Notes under the pieces: generated by a model | Told to the model about the DNA's origin: nothing | Seen by the model: the letters and a program-made list of their open reading frames with translations, nothing else | Databases searched by the model: none | Position numbers and translations under genes: made by a program | Part shown: one piece after another, positions 28,867 through 38,959 of the stretch | Numbering within the stretch: the first letter of the stretch is position 1 | Layout of the letters: every line of letters begins with the position of its first letter | Source of the DNA: an uncultured delta proteobacterium | GTDB taxonomy: Bacteria > Desulfobacterota > Binatia > UBA9968 | Reading direction: 5' to 3' | Assembly (NCBI GenBank): GCA_963771465.1 | Contig: CAVYTU010000011.1 | Location: forward strand, 128,001 to 192,000 | DNA length: 64,000 nt

Positions 28867-28982
28867 GCGACTGAAAAGACTCATCTACTTCGTTGCGCTC
28901 GATCTCCTCGCGTCACTGTACAAACAAACGCCTCCGCTCGTCGATTCTTCGCGCGTCTTGTAGCTGAACCTTTTTGAGACGC
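28867..28982. repeat. ~116-bp non-coding element with imperfect terminal inverted repeats (MITE/REP-like)
   Basis: Left end gcgactgaaaagactcatctac vs reverse complement of right end gcgtctcaaaaaggttcagctac; between convergent genes. Confidence 0.5.
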
Positions 28983-28996
28983 CGGCTCAGAATCGC

Positions 28997-30484
28997 TCAA
29001 CTTCGGCGGAATAGTTTTACGATCAAGGGAATGAGCAGCAGAACTAACGAGAGCCCGAGGATGCTCGCGGAAATCGGATGAGTGATAAACACCGTCGCGT
29101 CGCCCTGGCTGATCGCTAAGGCGCGGCGCGCTTGAGTTTCGGCGAGCGGGCCGAGAATAAGGCCGATCACCGCCGGCGCGACCGGAAGATCCCAGCGGCG
29201 CATGGCGAAACCGAGCAGGCCAAAGACATAAAGCGTGATAAGATCGACCACCGATTGGTGCAAACTATAGGCGCCCAGTGTCGCGAAAACTAATATACCG
29301 CCGTAGAGCAGAGGCTGCGGTATCTCGAGCACCTTCACCCACATGCCCACCAATGGAAGATTGAGAATCAGCAACAGCACATTGCCGATGTATAAACTCG
29401 CGAGCAGTCCCCAAACCAGGTCGGGTTGCATCTGAAACAACATCGGTCCAGGTGAGATGCCGTAATTTTGAAATGCACTGAGCAAGACGGCGGCGGTCGC
29501 TGAAGTTGGAATTCCCAAGGTAAGCAGCGGCACCAGCGCGCCGGTGGCCGACGCGTTGTTCGCCGCTTCTGGTCCGGCGACGCCCTCGATGGCGCCCTTG
29601 CCGAATTCCTCGGGGTATTTCGTCAGCTTTTTTTCCATTGCGTAGGAGAGAAAAGTTGGGATTTCCGCGCCGCCCGCGGGAATTGAGCCGAAGGGAAAGC
29701 CGATCGCCGTGGCGCGCAGCCAAGCGGGCCATGAGCGCTGCCAATCTTGCTTCGACATCCACAGCGAACCTTTCAGCTCTTCGATCTTTTCTTCGAGACG
29801 GCTTGTGTAAGCGGCGACGTAGAGCGCCTCGCCGACGGCAAACAGTCCGACGGCGAGCACGACCACATCGATGCCGTCCAACAATTCCGGCACGCCGAAG
29901 GCGAAGCGTGATCTGCCGGTTTGACTATCGATGCCGACAACGCCAAGCAGCAAGCCGAGAAACAAACTGGTCAGGCCGCGTGAGGTGGAGCTGCCGATGA
30001 CAGCGGAGACCGTGGTGAAAGCAAAAACCATTAGCGCGAAATATTCCGCCGGGCCGAATCTCAGCGCGACTTCGACAATGATAGGCGCGAGGAGTGTGAC
30101 GAGAATAGTCGCGATCGTGCCGGCGACGAAGGAGCCGATGGCACAGGTGGCCAGCGCCGGACCGGCGCGGCCTTTCTTCGCCATTAGGTTTCCTTCCAAC
30201 CCGGTCACGATGGAGGCGGATTCGCCTGGTGTATTGAGCAAGATCGTCGTCGTCGAGCCGCCGTACATGGCGCCGTAATAAATGCCGGCGAACATGATCA
30301 GCGCGCCGGTGGGATCGAGCTTCACCGTGAGCGGCATAAGCATGGCCACGGTCAGTGCCGGTCCAACTCCCGGCAACACGCCGATAAATGTTCCGAGCAT
30401 GACGCCGAGGAAGCCCCAGAGTAAATTAATCGGCGTCAGCGCAATACTGAAGCCGTGCATTAGCGAGGTGAAAGTTTCCACCAT
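28997..30484 (-). CDS. tctA: Tripartite tricarboxylate transporter large permease
   Basis: [40 protein letters not shown] motifs. Confidence 0.95.
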   Translation of the reverse strand: MVETFTSLMHGFSIALTPINLLWGFLGVMLGTFIGVLPGVGPALTVAMLMPLTVKLDPTGALIMFAGIYYGAMYGGSTTTILLNTPGESASIVTGLEGNLMAKKGRAGPALATCAIGSFVAGTIATILVTLLAPIIVEVALRFGPAEYFALMVFAFTTVSAVIGSSTSRGLTSLFLGLLLGVVGIDSQTGRSRFAFGVPELLDGIDVVVLAVGLFAVGEALYVAAYTSRLEEKIEELKGSLWMSKQDWQRSWPAWLRATAIGFPFGSIPAGGAEIPTFLSYAMEKKLTKYPEEFGKGAIEGVAGPEAANNASATGALVPLLTLGIPTSATAAVLLSAFQNYGISPGPMLFQMQPDLVWGLLASLYIGNVLLLILNLPLVGMWVKVLEIPQPLLYGGILVFATLGAYSLHQSVVDLITLYVFGLLGFAMRRWDLPVAPAVIGLILGPLAETQARRALAISQGDATVFITHPISASILGLSLVLLLIPLIVKLFRRS

Positions 30485-30491
30485 GGCGAAA

Positions 30492-30992
30492 CTAAATCCC
30501 AGCGCCGCCGAGTAATGGCTTTAGCCAGCCGGCTGGCAAATTAACGTTTAGAAATTTGACAAAGAAAAAAAACACCGAAAGACCGAGCACGAGGCCGATG
30601 GCGAAGTCGCGCGGCATTTTGCCGCTGCCGAAACCGCGCGCAACGCACGCGAAAAGCGTCGCTTGAGCGAGGACGAAGCCGGCGCGGTGGATCAGCAGTA
30701 TCTGAGCGAACAGTCCGACGCTCACCCAGATGAAAGCGGCGGCCGAGAAGCGATGTTCGCCACGCGCTTCGGGTTCGTCCGGGCTTGTGTTGCGCCAGCC
30801 GCCGCTGAGTGTTTCGTAGAGCAACCAAATACCCAGCAGGATCAGGCCGCCGCTGACCACTGCGGGAGCGACGTTCGGTCCAATCTTGGCGTACCCACCG
30901 GCGCTGGACAGTTGTGAGGTGCCAACGGCAACCGCGACTCCCAGGACAAGCACGGCCAGCGAAAGAATCAGTTCGGCGGGTTTGGCTTTCAT
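30492..30992 (-). CDS. tctB: Tripartite tricarboxylate transporter small permease
   Basis: Several TM segments, [12 protein letters not shown]; lies between tctC and tctA. Confidence 0.9.
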   Translation of the reverse strand: MKAKPAELILSLAVLVLGVAVAVGTSQLSSAGGYAKIGPNVAPAVVSGGLILLGIWLLYETLSGGWRNTSPDEPEARGEHRFSAAAFIWVSVGLFAQILLIHRAGFVLAQATLFACVARGFGSGKMPRDFAIGLVLGLSVFFFFVKFLNVNLPAGWLKPLLGGAGI

Positions 30993-31050
30993 AAGATAGA
31001 AGAGAGTAATCGTAGGAGCCAATCGACGCGCGGGTCAAAACCGGAATTTT

Positions 31051-31129
31051 CACCACGAAGTTCACGAAGGACACGAAGGTCTCGGAAAATTAATTTCCGA
31101 ACTTCGTGCTCTTCGTGTCCGTCGTGGTG
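31051..31129. repeat. CACGAAG/CTTCGTG triple inverted repeat
   Basis: caccacgaag ttcacgaag gacacgaag...tcggaaaattaatttccga...cttcgtgct cttcgtgtc cgtcgtggtg; between tctC and tctB. Confidence 0.8.
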
Positions 31130-31147
31130 CAGGAGTTTTTTGCCGCG

Positions 31148-32104
31148 CTATTTAGCGCTCTTGATCCCCAGCGAATCGATAATGCCGCCGACGCGTTTGG
31201 TGTCTTCGTCGACGAATTTCTTATAAGCATCGCCGCTCACAAAGATCGGCGACCAGCCAAGTTTATTCAGAGTTTCTTTCCATGAGGCTGATTCGGTGGC
31301 GCCGCGAACGATCTTGATCAAGGCGTCGCTTTGCGCCGGAGTTATTCCCGGCGCGCCGAAGATGCCGCGCCAGTTGGACAGCTCCACATCGATGCCTTGT
31401 TCCTTAAGCGACGGGTGGCCGTCGAGTTTTGTCGCGCTGGAAACCGCTAGGGCGCGCATGCGGCCGCCTTTGACCTGCTCGGCGAATTCGCCGATGCCGG
31501 AAACGCCGGTTGTGACATGGCCGCCGACGATGGCCGCGATCGCTTCGCCACCGCCCTTGAATGGTACGTAGTTAATCTTGGCCGGATCGACGCCAGCGGC
31601 CTTGGCGATCAAACCGACCAGGATGTGATCGGTGCCGCCCGCCGAGCCGCCGCCCCAGGAGATGCCGCCGGGATTCGCTTTGAAGGCTTTCACCAGGTCG
31701 GCCATTGTTTTATGCGGCGAACTTGCCGGCACGACGATGATTTCATATTCGCCCGTGAGCCGAGCCAAAGGGGTGACCATGGAAAGATTCACCGGCGAGT
31801 TCTCTAAATAGATGGCGCCGACCATGACCATGCCGCCGATCATTACGGCGTTTGCGTCGCCTTTGGATGAGTTGACGAACTGCGCCAGGCCGATGGTGCC
31901 GCCGGCGCCGCCCTTATTGTCAAATTGTACCGATGAAACCAGCTTAGCGCTCTGCATCGCGGCGGCGAGACTCCTGCCGGTCTGATCCCAGCCGCCGCCG
32001 GGGTTGGCGGGAATCATCATTTTTAAACTTGGCTGCGCGTGGGCTGCGCTGGTGGCAAATACCCACGCGACGGCCACGACCAAAATAGCAAACCATTTTT
32101 GCAT
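31148..32104 (-). CDS. tctC: Canonical tricarboxylate transporter binding protein
   Basis: IPANPGGGWDQTGR, NKGGAGGTIGL, GGGSAGGTDH, NWRG; ATG 32104 after AAGGAGG. Confidence 0.92.
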   Translation of the reverse strand: MQKWFAILVVAVAWVFATSAAHAQPSLKMMIPANPGGGWDQTGRSLAAAMQSAKLVSSVQFDNKGGAGGTIGLAQFVNSSKGDANAVMIGGMVMVGAIYLENSPVNLSMVTPLARLTGEYEIIVVPASSPHKTMADLVKAFKANPGGISWGGGSAGGTDHILVGLIAKAAGVDPAKINYVPFKGGGEAIAAIVGGHVTTGVSGIGEFAEQVKGGRMRALAVSSATKLDGHPSLKEQGIDVELSNWRGIFGAPGITPAQSDALIKIVRGATESASWKETLNKLGWSPIFVSGDAYKKFVDEDTKRVGGIIDSLGIKSAK

Positions 32105-32278
32105 ACTGCCTCCTTGTGATCTTGGGGTTCTAAATACGAACCGCGTTGACGATGTATAGTAGACGACCGACAGATTGACAAGCTTCATTTCCCTTTCACT
32201 TTCTTTACCAGGGCACTCGGACAAGCCCTGATGCCGGCGCGATTTGCCGCTTATTCCACCAAGCCGAGGAGTTCATTT

Positions 32279-33478
32279 TTACACCGCACCCGCTTGTCTA
32301 AACCTCGTGATTGCGTCGTCCTGGTAGCCGAGTTCTTTGAGAATGATTGCCGTATCGGCGCCGAGTAACGGCGGCGGATTTTTAGGCTCTGGGTCGCCGC
32401 TGTTAAGCTTGAAACCCGAGCGGACGACGGCGATGTCGCGATCGACGCCAACGGCGCTGTGAAATCGCTTGACCAGCTCGCGCTCGGCAATCTGCGGATG
32501 GTCGAGGATTTCCGGGATCGAGAGCACTTCGCCGGCCGGGACGCCGTTCCTATTAAAGAGAACCGACCACTCGTGCGCTGGCTTGACGGACAATGCTTGC
32601 TCGATTTCAGCCGTCAATTCCTGACGATATTTCTTGCGATCGTCGCGCTCGGCGAAGCGCGGATTAGTTATTAGGTCGGCGCGGCCGATCAATTGGCAAA
32701 GCTTTACGAACTGGTTTTGCTCATTGGCGGCGATATTGAGCAAGCCGTCGCCGGTCTTAAATGTTCCCGACGGGCTCGCGGTCATGTTCTCGTTGCCCAT
32801 CGGTTGCGGCTTGCTGCCCGCGATCAGCCAATTCGACACCGCCCAGCCCATTGTCACAAGCGTCGCTTCGAGCATCGACACGTCAATGAATTCTCCGATC
32901 TTGCTGCGTTCGCGGCGAAACAGCGCGGCGGCGATGGCGAAAGCGGCGGTGATGCCGCCGACGGTATCGGCGACCGGATAGCCGACCCGGAGCGGCGCCG
33001 AGTTCTGATCGCCGGTGACACTCATCACGCCGGACAGGCCCTGAATGATCTGATCGTAAGCCGGATTGTCTTTGAGCGGGCCGGTTTGGCCAAAGCCGGA
33101 GATGGCGCAGTAAATCAATTCGGGTTTGATCTGCTTCAGCGCGTCGTAACCGAGTTCCAGCCGCGCCATCACGCCGGGGCGAAAATTTTCCACAACGACG
33201 TCCGCGCTGGCGACCAGCCGACGAAAGATTTCTTTGCCGTCGACGTGTTTCAGGTTGACCGTGATCGAGCGCTTGCCGGCGTTCTGCGCGAGAAAAGAAG
33301 CGCCCATCCGTTGTTGGTTCAATTCCACATCGGCGCCGAGCTGGCGCGCGAGGTCGCCGGTTTTAGGCAGTTCGATCTTGATCACGTCCGCGCCCAACTG
33401 AGCGAGTTGATAGCAGCAGAACGGACCGGCGAGCACGTTGGTCAAGTCGAGCACGCGAACGCCTTCGAGGAGCGGCAT
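32279..33478 (-). CDS. CaiB/BaiF family III CoA transferase
   Basis: LEGVRVLDLT, LAGPF, NAGKRS, ENFRPG, ISGFGQTGP, PAYD motifs. Confidence 0.93.
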   Translation of the reverse strand: MPLLEGVRVLDLTNVLAGPFCCYQLAQLGADVIKIELPKTGDLARQLGADVELNQQRMGASFLAQNAGKRSITVNLKHVDGKEIFRRLVASADVVVENFRPGVMARLELGYDALKQIKPELIYCAISGFGQTGPLKDNPAYDQIIQGLSGVMSVTGDQNSAPLRVGYPVADTVGGITAAFAIAAALFRRERSKIGEFIDVSMLEATLVTMGWAVSNWLIAGSKPQPMGNENMTASPSGTFKTGDGLLNIAANEQNQFVKLCQLIGRADLITNPRFAERDDRKKYRQELTAEIEQALSVKPAHEWSVLFNRNGVPAGEVLSIPEILDHPQIAERELVKRFHSAVGVDRDIAVVRSGFKLNSGDPEPKNPPPLLGADTAIILKELGYQDDAITRFRQAGAV

Positions 33479-33631
33479 GGCTACTTCTTAGCCTAAAGGC
33501 GGATGGGATGAAACCGTTTGTTTGCACGGAATCTGCACAGATAATCCGCCGAACCAGCACCACCGATTCATTAACCCTGCATGCGCAATTCTTACACTTG
33601 CGGCATCTCAGTATCAGAAAGGGAAATTTTT

Positions 33632-34876
33632 ATGACCAAACATATAATCGCCATCGGGCTTATCTTCATCTGCACCACGGTGGCGTGGTCGGTTCTAGGA
33701 ACGACGATATTTTCGCGCACCTACTCGTTCGACGAGTCGCTCAAAGGGCGGGTGATGTCGATCTGGGGCGCGCCGCACGTGCAAAAGCCGCCCAAGGCGA
33801 CGACGACCAAGGAAGTCGCGAAGAAGGTGGAAGTAAGCGAGAACGGCAAAACCGTCATTCGCACGGAAAAAGATTATCTGACCAGGTCGCTCGAGCTCGA
33901 AGGAAGCAAACTCAGCGTCGCTCTCGACCTTGAACATCGGCAAAAGGGGCTGTTGTGGTACGGCACTTACAAAGTCGCTTTCGCTGCCGACTACCTGCTC
34001 AAAAATAGTACGGATGTCGATAACGTGGACTTCGTGCTCCATTTGCCGACGGCCCAGGCGAGCTATGACGAAATGATTCTCACGGTAGACGGCACGCCGG
34101 TGCCGTTCGTCAACGACAAATCCTCGCTGCGCGGTGCGGCTCGCATCCCACCCGGAGAAACCGCGGTGGTGACGGTGAAGTATCGCTCGCAGGGGCTGGA
34201 TAGTTGGCGCTATCATTTCGGCGACGAGGTTTCCCAAGTGCGTAACTTCCAGCTCAAGATGACGACCAACTTCAAGGACATCGATTTTCCGGACAACACT
34301 TTGGCGCCGGCGCAGAAGCTGGAAACGAAAAATGGCTGGGAGCTGACCTGGGAATCGAAGAATTTGCTGTCGGGATTTCAGATCGGCATGATCATGCCGG
34401 AGAAATTACAGCCGGGACCGTTGGCCGGCCGCATCAGCTACTTCGCGCCGGTGTCGTTGCTGTTTTTTTTCTTCGTGATCTTCATCATCACTACGTTGCG
34501 CGGTATCGATCTCCATCCGATGAATTACTTCTTTCTGGCGTGCGCGTTTTTTGCCTTTCATCTTCTGCTCGCCTACCTGGTCGACCATATTTCGATTCAC
34601 AGTGCGTTCGTGATCTGCTCGTTGGTTTCAATGACGCTAGTGATCAGTTATCTGCGCCTGGTGGTGGGCATGCGCTTCGCCGCGGTGGAGGCCGGCTTGG
34701 CCCAGCTCATCTATTTAGTGTTGTTCTCCTACGCATTCTTTTTCAAAGGCTTCAGCGGCTTGGCCGTGACGATCGGCTCGATTATCACCTTGTTCGTGGT
34801 CATGCAGCTCACCGGACGGATTCGCTGGTCGGAGAAATTCGCCAGCCGTAACCCGGCACCCGCCCATGGCGGGTGA
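33632..34876 (+). CDS. Inner membrane CreD-family protein
   Basis: N-terminal TM, large periplasmic region, C-terminal TM bundle with LHPMNY...FHLLLAYL; upstream of a two-component pair. Confidence 0.75.
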   Translation: MTKHIIAIGLIFICTTVAWSVLGTTIFSRTYSFDESLKGRVMSIWGAPHVQKPPKATTTKEVAKKVEVSENGKTVIRTEKDYLTRSLELEGSKLSVALDLEHRQKGLLWYGTYKVAFAADYLLKNSTDVDNVDFVLHLPTAQASYDEMILTVDGTPVPFVNDKSSLRGAARIPPGETAVVTVKYRSQGLDSWRYHFGDEVSQVRNFQLKMTTNFKDIDFPDNTLAPAQKLETKNGWELTWESKNLLSGFQIGMIMPEKLQPGPLAGRISYFAPVSLLFFFFVIFIITTLRGIDLHPMNYFFLACAFFAFHLLLAYLVDHISIHSAFVICSLVSMTLVISYLRLVVGMRFAAVEAGLAQLIYLVLFSYAFFFKGFSGLAVTIGSIITLFVVMQLTGRIRWSEKFASRNPAPAHGG

Positions 34877-34919
34877 TTGGAGTTTTTCGCTTTGAGACAT
34901 TATCCTAAGCGCTAATACT

Positions 34920-35612
34920 ATGCCGACACGAATCCTGGTCGTCGATGACGACGCGCATATCCGCGAAGTAGTGCGGTTCGCCCTGGAAAAAGCCGGCTTC
35001 GACATCGTCGAAGCCGGCGACGGCCAGAAGGCGCTGGAAGTTTTTCAGCGGACAAAAGCGGACTTAATCGTGCTCGATATTACCATGCCGGAAATGGACG
35101 GTCTGGCGGTATGCCGCGAAATTCGCAAAACTTCAGACGTGCCGATTCTGTTTCTTTCATCGCGCACCGACGAAGTCGATCGCGTGGTCGGTTTGGAAGT
35201 CGGCGGCGATGACTACGTCGTTAAGCCTTTTAGTCCGCGCGAATTGGTCGCCCGCGTGCAGGCGATCTTGAAGCGTACTCGCGCCAAGTCGAGTGACGGC
35301 GCAGAAATGAAAGTGCTCAATTACGGCGGGGTGCGCCTCGACGTGCTCGGCCATGGCTCCTACTGGAAAGACAAGAAAGTCTTGTTGACCGCCACTGAAT
35401 TCTCACTTCTTAAAACATTTCTGTCTCAGCCAGAACGGGTTTTCTCGCGCGATCAATTGATGGACCTGGTCTATGCCGGCGCTGTCAACGTGAGCGACCG
35501 CACCATCGATAGCCACGTGCGAAACTTGCGCGCCAAATACGCCAAAGCCGGCTGCAAAGAGTTGATCGAGACTTTGCACGGCGTCGGTTACAAATTGGGT
35601 CCATGCCGCTGA
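34920..35612 (+). CDS. OmpR-family response regulator (CreB-like)
   Basis: ILVVDD, LDITMP, GGDDYVVKPF, RTIDSHV, HGVGYK motifs. Confidence 0.95.
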   Translation: MPTRILVVDDDAHIREVVRFALEKAGFDIVEAGDGQKALEVFQRTKADLIVLDITMPEMDGLAVCREIRKTSDVPILFLSSRTDEVDRVVGLEVGGDDYVVKPFSPRELVARVQAILKRTRAKSSDGAEMKVLNYGGVRLDVLGHGSYWKDKKVLLTATEFSLLKTFLSQPERVFSRDQLMDLVYAGAVNVSDRTIDSHVRNLRAKYAKAGCKELIETLHGVGYKLGPCR

Positions 35613-37198
35613 TGGCGAAGCAACGACGCTGGCGTTTTAAGCTGCGGACAATTCTGCTGGCGGTGAGTTTGACAGTGTTAGTCATCCCAGCGGGCGGTAT
35701 CTACATTTTTCGCATCTATGAAGGCGAACTGGTTAAGCAGAGCGAGCTGGAGTTGATCGCGCAAGCGGCGTTGATCGCGGCGCTTTACAAAAGTGAGGTT
35801 GCAACGCTGGTCAAGCTCGACGGAATGGTCGGCGCGTATGGCCGCAAAGTAAATCCACCGGCCGCGGCGGATGAGTATTTCCGACCGGTAAAACCGCAAC
35901 TCAACTTGTCCCGCTATCGCATTCGTTCGCGCCCGGCGGATGCGGCGGCCAGCGAACTTCAAGCCGATCGGTTTGCCCGGGAAGTCGGCGCGAAGCTGAC
36001 ACCGATATTGCTCGATGCCCAACGCACCAACTTGGCGGGAGTGCGGCTGCTCGATGCTCAAGGCATCGTTACGGGCGGCCGCGAAGATATCGGCAAATCG
36101 CTGGCGCATGTCAGCGAAGTTCGCGAAGCGCTGCAGGGGCGCTACGCGAGCGCCATCCGCGCGCGGACCATTCGCCGCCCGCAACCGGCGTTGGCGTCGT
36201 TTAGCCGCGGCACGGGTGTGCGAGTTTTTGTCGCCTACCCCATCACCGCGGGCGACCGCTTGTTCGGCGTAATTTTCCTATCGCGCACGCCCAACAGCAT
36301 ACTCGAACATCTTTACAGTCAAAAAGAAAAAATCGCCCTGGTGGCCGCGGTCATATTGCTATTGGTGATTCTGCTGGTCGTGCTCACCTCCTATTCCATC
36401 GCCCGGCCGCTGCACGCCTTGATCGATCAGACCAATCGCTTCGCCGGCGGTGATAAAAAAGCGTTGGAGCCCTTGCCCAGACCAGTAACCGAAGAGGTGG
36501 CGCTGCTGTCGCAAAGTTTTTCCGAGATGGCGCGGAGTCTGGAACATCGCTCGGAATATATTCGTAATTTCGCCGCGCATGTGTCCCATGAGTTCAAGAC
36601 TCCGTTAACGGCGATCCAGGGGGCGATTGAATTGCTCGAAGAACATTCACACGACATGCCGGCGGAGCAGCGCGCGCGGTTTCTCCACAATATTTCGCTT
36701 GATGCCGAGCGTCTGAAGCGCTTGGTGGATCGCTTGTTAGAAATGGCTCGCGCGGACGTGCTCGATCCCGCGGCGGGTAGGACACTGCTGGCGCCGCTGA
36801 TCGAGGGGTTGAAGAGTCGCTACCAGGATTCCGGATTGTTGATCTCATTTGCCGACGATCGAAATATCGCCGTAAAAATCGTATCCGAAGTATTGGAAAT
36901 GGTTTTCACCAACCTGATCGATAACAGCCGTCAGAATGGCGCCAAGCGGGTCGATATTCGCGTTGAGGGTGTCGGCAGAAATATTTCCATACGGGTCACA
37001 GATAACGGCCACGGGATATCTCAGGCCAATGCGGATCAGATCTTCACGCCGTTTTTTACCACTCATCGAGATGAAGGCGGCACGGGTTTAGGGTTGGGTA
37101 TCGTCCGATCGCTGCTCAAAGCTTACGGCGGCGACGTTTCACTGGAGCCGAGTTCCGGGGGAGCGGCATTCCGCATATCTGTACCCCAGGCCGAATAG
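35603..37198 (+). CDS. Sensor histidine kinase (CreC-like, HAMP)
   Basis: Two TMs, HVSHEFKTPL H-box, NLIDN, DNGHG, GTGLGL. Confidence 0.93.
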   Translation: MPLMAKQRRWRFKLRTILLAVSLTVLVIPAGGIYIFRIYEGELVKQSELELIAQAALIAALYKSEVATLVKLDGMVGAYGRKVNPPAAADEYFRPVKPQLNLSRYRIRSRPADAAASELQADRFAREVGAKLTPILLDAQRTNLAGVRLLDAQGIVTGGREDIGKSLAHVSEVREALQGRYASAIRARTIRRPQPALASFSRGTGVRVFVAYPITAGDRLFGVIFLSRTPNSILEHLYSQKEKIALVAAVILLLVILLVVLTSYSIARPLHALIDQTNRFAGGDKKALEPLPRPVTEEVALLSQSFSEMARSLEHRSEYIRNFAAHVSHEFKTPLTAIQGAIELLEEHSHDMPAEQRARFLHNISLDAERLKRLVDRLLEMARADVLDPAAGRTLLAPLIEGLKSRYQDSGLLISFADDRNIAVKIVSEVLEMVFTNLIDNSRQNGAKRVDIRVEGVGRNISIRVTDNGHGISQANADQIFTPFFTTHRDEGGTGLGLGIVRSLLKAYGGDVSLEPSSGGAAFRISVPQAE

Positions 37199-38844
37199 AA
37201 TTGCGGTGAAAGCAGTTTCCGTGCGAATTCGTCGACAAGGACTTTGCCACTATCCTGACAGGTGATTGCGCCGATCTGAGACAAGACCCGAGCGAATAGA
37301 TCGGTGCGAAATTTCCGATTCTCCACCCCGCCTCGCGCGGTCGAGAAAAATAACCGGCCGGTTTGGAAAAGCTGGTTCAGCAAGTCGAAGCCGACCTGGG
37401 TTCGTGGGTCAGAGCAATTTTGGCTTATGAGCTCCAACAAACTCGTTGGCGCGTCGAGGGACAATCCTTTGAGGAAATTCACGATGCGCGTGGTGACAAA
37501 GAGCGTGTAAATGTCGTCGCGGCAAAAGTTATCCGTCTCGATTGCAAGGGCGGTCAAGCGCGCTTTGACGAAATCAGCTTCATTCAACTCCAAACCGCGG
37601 GCGATCGGCGCACTCGGTGTTTGATAGAACGGTGAAGCGCCGAGCAGCACCGGCAGGCGCGCGTTGAACGCGAGAGTTTGAATCATGCTGTCGAGAGTTT
37701 CGTTTGGCAGACCGAGGATTTGATAAGAGACAATCTTGAAGCCGAGCTGATGGGCCTTGTCGACCACGTTCAAATAGGCTTCCAGCGTATGCGGCCGCTT
37801 GGTGGTTTCGCGCACGGTTTTGTCGGAACTGACCAGCGCGAGATTCAGATGAGAAAAGCCCGCTTGGTACATCAATTTCAATAATTCGTCGTCGAGGCTC
37901 AGGTAGCTGATGCCGTTCATGGCGACGAACTCCATCTCACGCCTGGGAAAATGCGCGATCAGGCGCCGGCAAAGTTCTTTAAACGTCTGCTTGTAGTAGG
38001 TGAGGTTGTCGTCTTCGAAGTCGATGACGCGATAGCCTTGTTGGTAGCGCAAGACAATTTCTTCGAGAACGTTTTCCAGCGAGCGGCGCCGATAGTCGGT
38101 GCCGAAAGTCGTGTGCACGGAGCAGAACGAACACTTATGCGGACAACTGCGCGAGGTGATCATGAAGGTCATCGGCTTGCCGGCGAGGGTGTAAGTTGCC
38201 GGGGCGAAGTCGCTCAGGTCGGGGATCGGTAGCTCGTCGATCGGAAAGTTGTCTTGGATCGGGTTGAGGATAAACTCGCCGAGATGCTTATACCCGAGAT
38301 TGGCAACCCGCTGGGCCGATGTCTGATTTTGCAGACAGCGCAAAAATTCAACGAATGGCTTTTCGCCTTCGCCGCGAATGATGTAGTCGACATACGGCGA
38401 CGCCAGCAGTGATTCCGGCACGGCTGATGCGTGGGAGCCGCCCATGACGACAGTGGCGTTGGTTGCTTTTTTCACCCGCGCCGCGACTTCGAGCGCCTCG
38501 CGATAGTACGGCGTGAACAATGATGAGATGCCGACGATATCCGGCTTCAACGCAGCGACGTCGGATTCGATGTCATCAAACGATCGGCCGAAGTGATAAT
38601 ACTGATGAAACGTCGAGAACGGGGATTTGTCGGCGACCGGGTAATACCCGGTCAAGTAGTACAGCTCTTTTGGAATCTGCACGGTCTTTCGCCCGCAGCC
38701 ACCGTGATAATCTTTGATGATGACTTCGATATCGGGAAGATGTTTCGCGACGGCGGCCTTCAAATAAGCCAGACCGATCGGCTGGAGCCGTACGTCGGTG
38801 TCGTAAAAATCTCGCACCGGCGGTTGGATGAGCAGAACTTTCAT
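37123..38844 (-). CDS. B12-binding domain radical SAM protein
   Basis: PIGLAYL, PDIVGIS, GGSHAS, RGEGE, CPHKCSFC (CxxxCxxC), FEDDNL. Confidence 0.92.
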   Translation of the reverse strand: MKVLLIQPPVRDFYDTDVRLQPIGLAYLKAAVAKHLPDIEVIIKDYHGGCGRKTVQIPKELYYLTGYYPVADKSPFSTFHQYYHFGRSFDDIESDVAALKPDIVGISSLFTPYYREALEVAARVKKATNATVVMGGSHASAVPESLLASPYVDYIIRGEGEKPFVEFLRCLQNQTSAQRVANLGYKHLGEFILNPIQDNFPIDELPIPDLSDFAPATYTLAGKPMTFMITSRSCPHKCSFCSVHTTFGTDYRRRSLENVLEEIVLRYQQGYRVIDFEDDNLTYYKQTFKELCRRLIAHFPRREMEFVAMNGISYLSLDDELLKLMYQAGFSHLNLALVSSDKTVRETTKRPHTLEAYLNVVDKAHQLGFKIVSYQILGLPNETLDSMIQTLAFNARLPVLLGASPFYQTPSAPIARGLELNEADFVKARLTALAIETDNFCRDDIYTLFVTTRIVNFLKGLSLDAPTSLLELISQNCSDPRTQVGFDLLNQLFQTGRLFFSTARGGVENRKFRTDLFARVLSQIGAITCQDSGKVLVDEFARKLLSPQFYSAWGTDMRNAAPPELGSSETSPP

Positions 38845-38959
38845 TGGCCCTTGAGTTATATCCCAACTGTTGGCCGAGACGGAAGTAGTTGTAATGTCGA
38901 AGCATCAATACTAGATATTTTGCGAAGCTGGTGATTTGCGACCGCATTCTGGAGCGCCG

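Noticed and set aside
31051-31129. CRISPR-like array in the short repeats
   Set aside because: Units are 7-9 nt with no unique spacers, and there are no cas genes.
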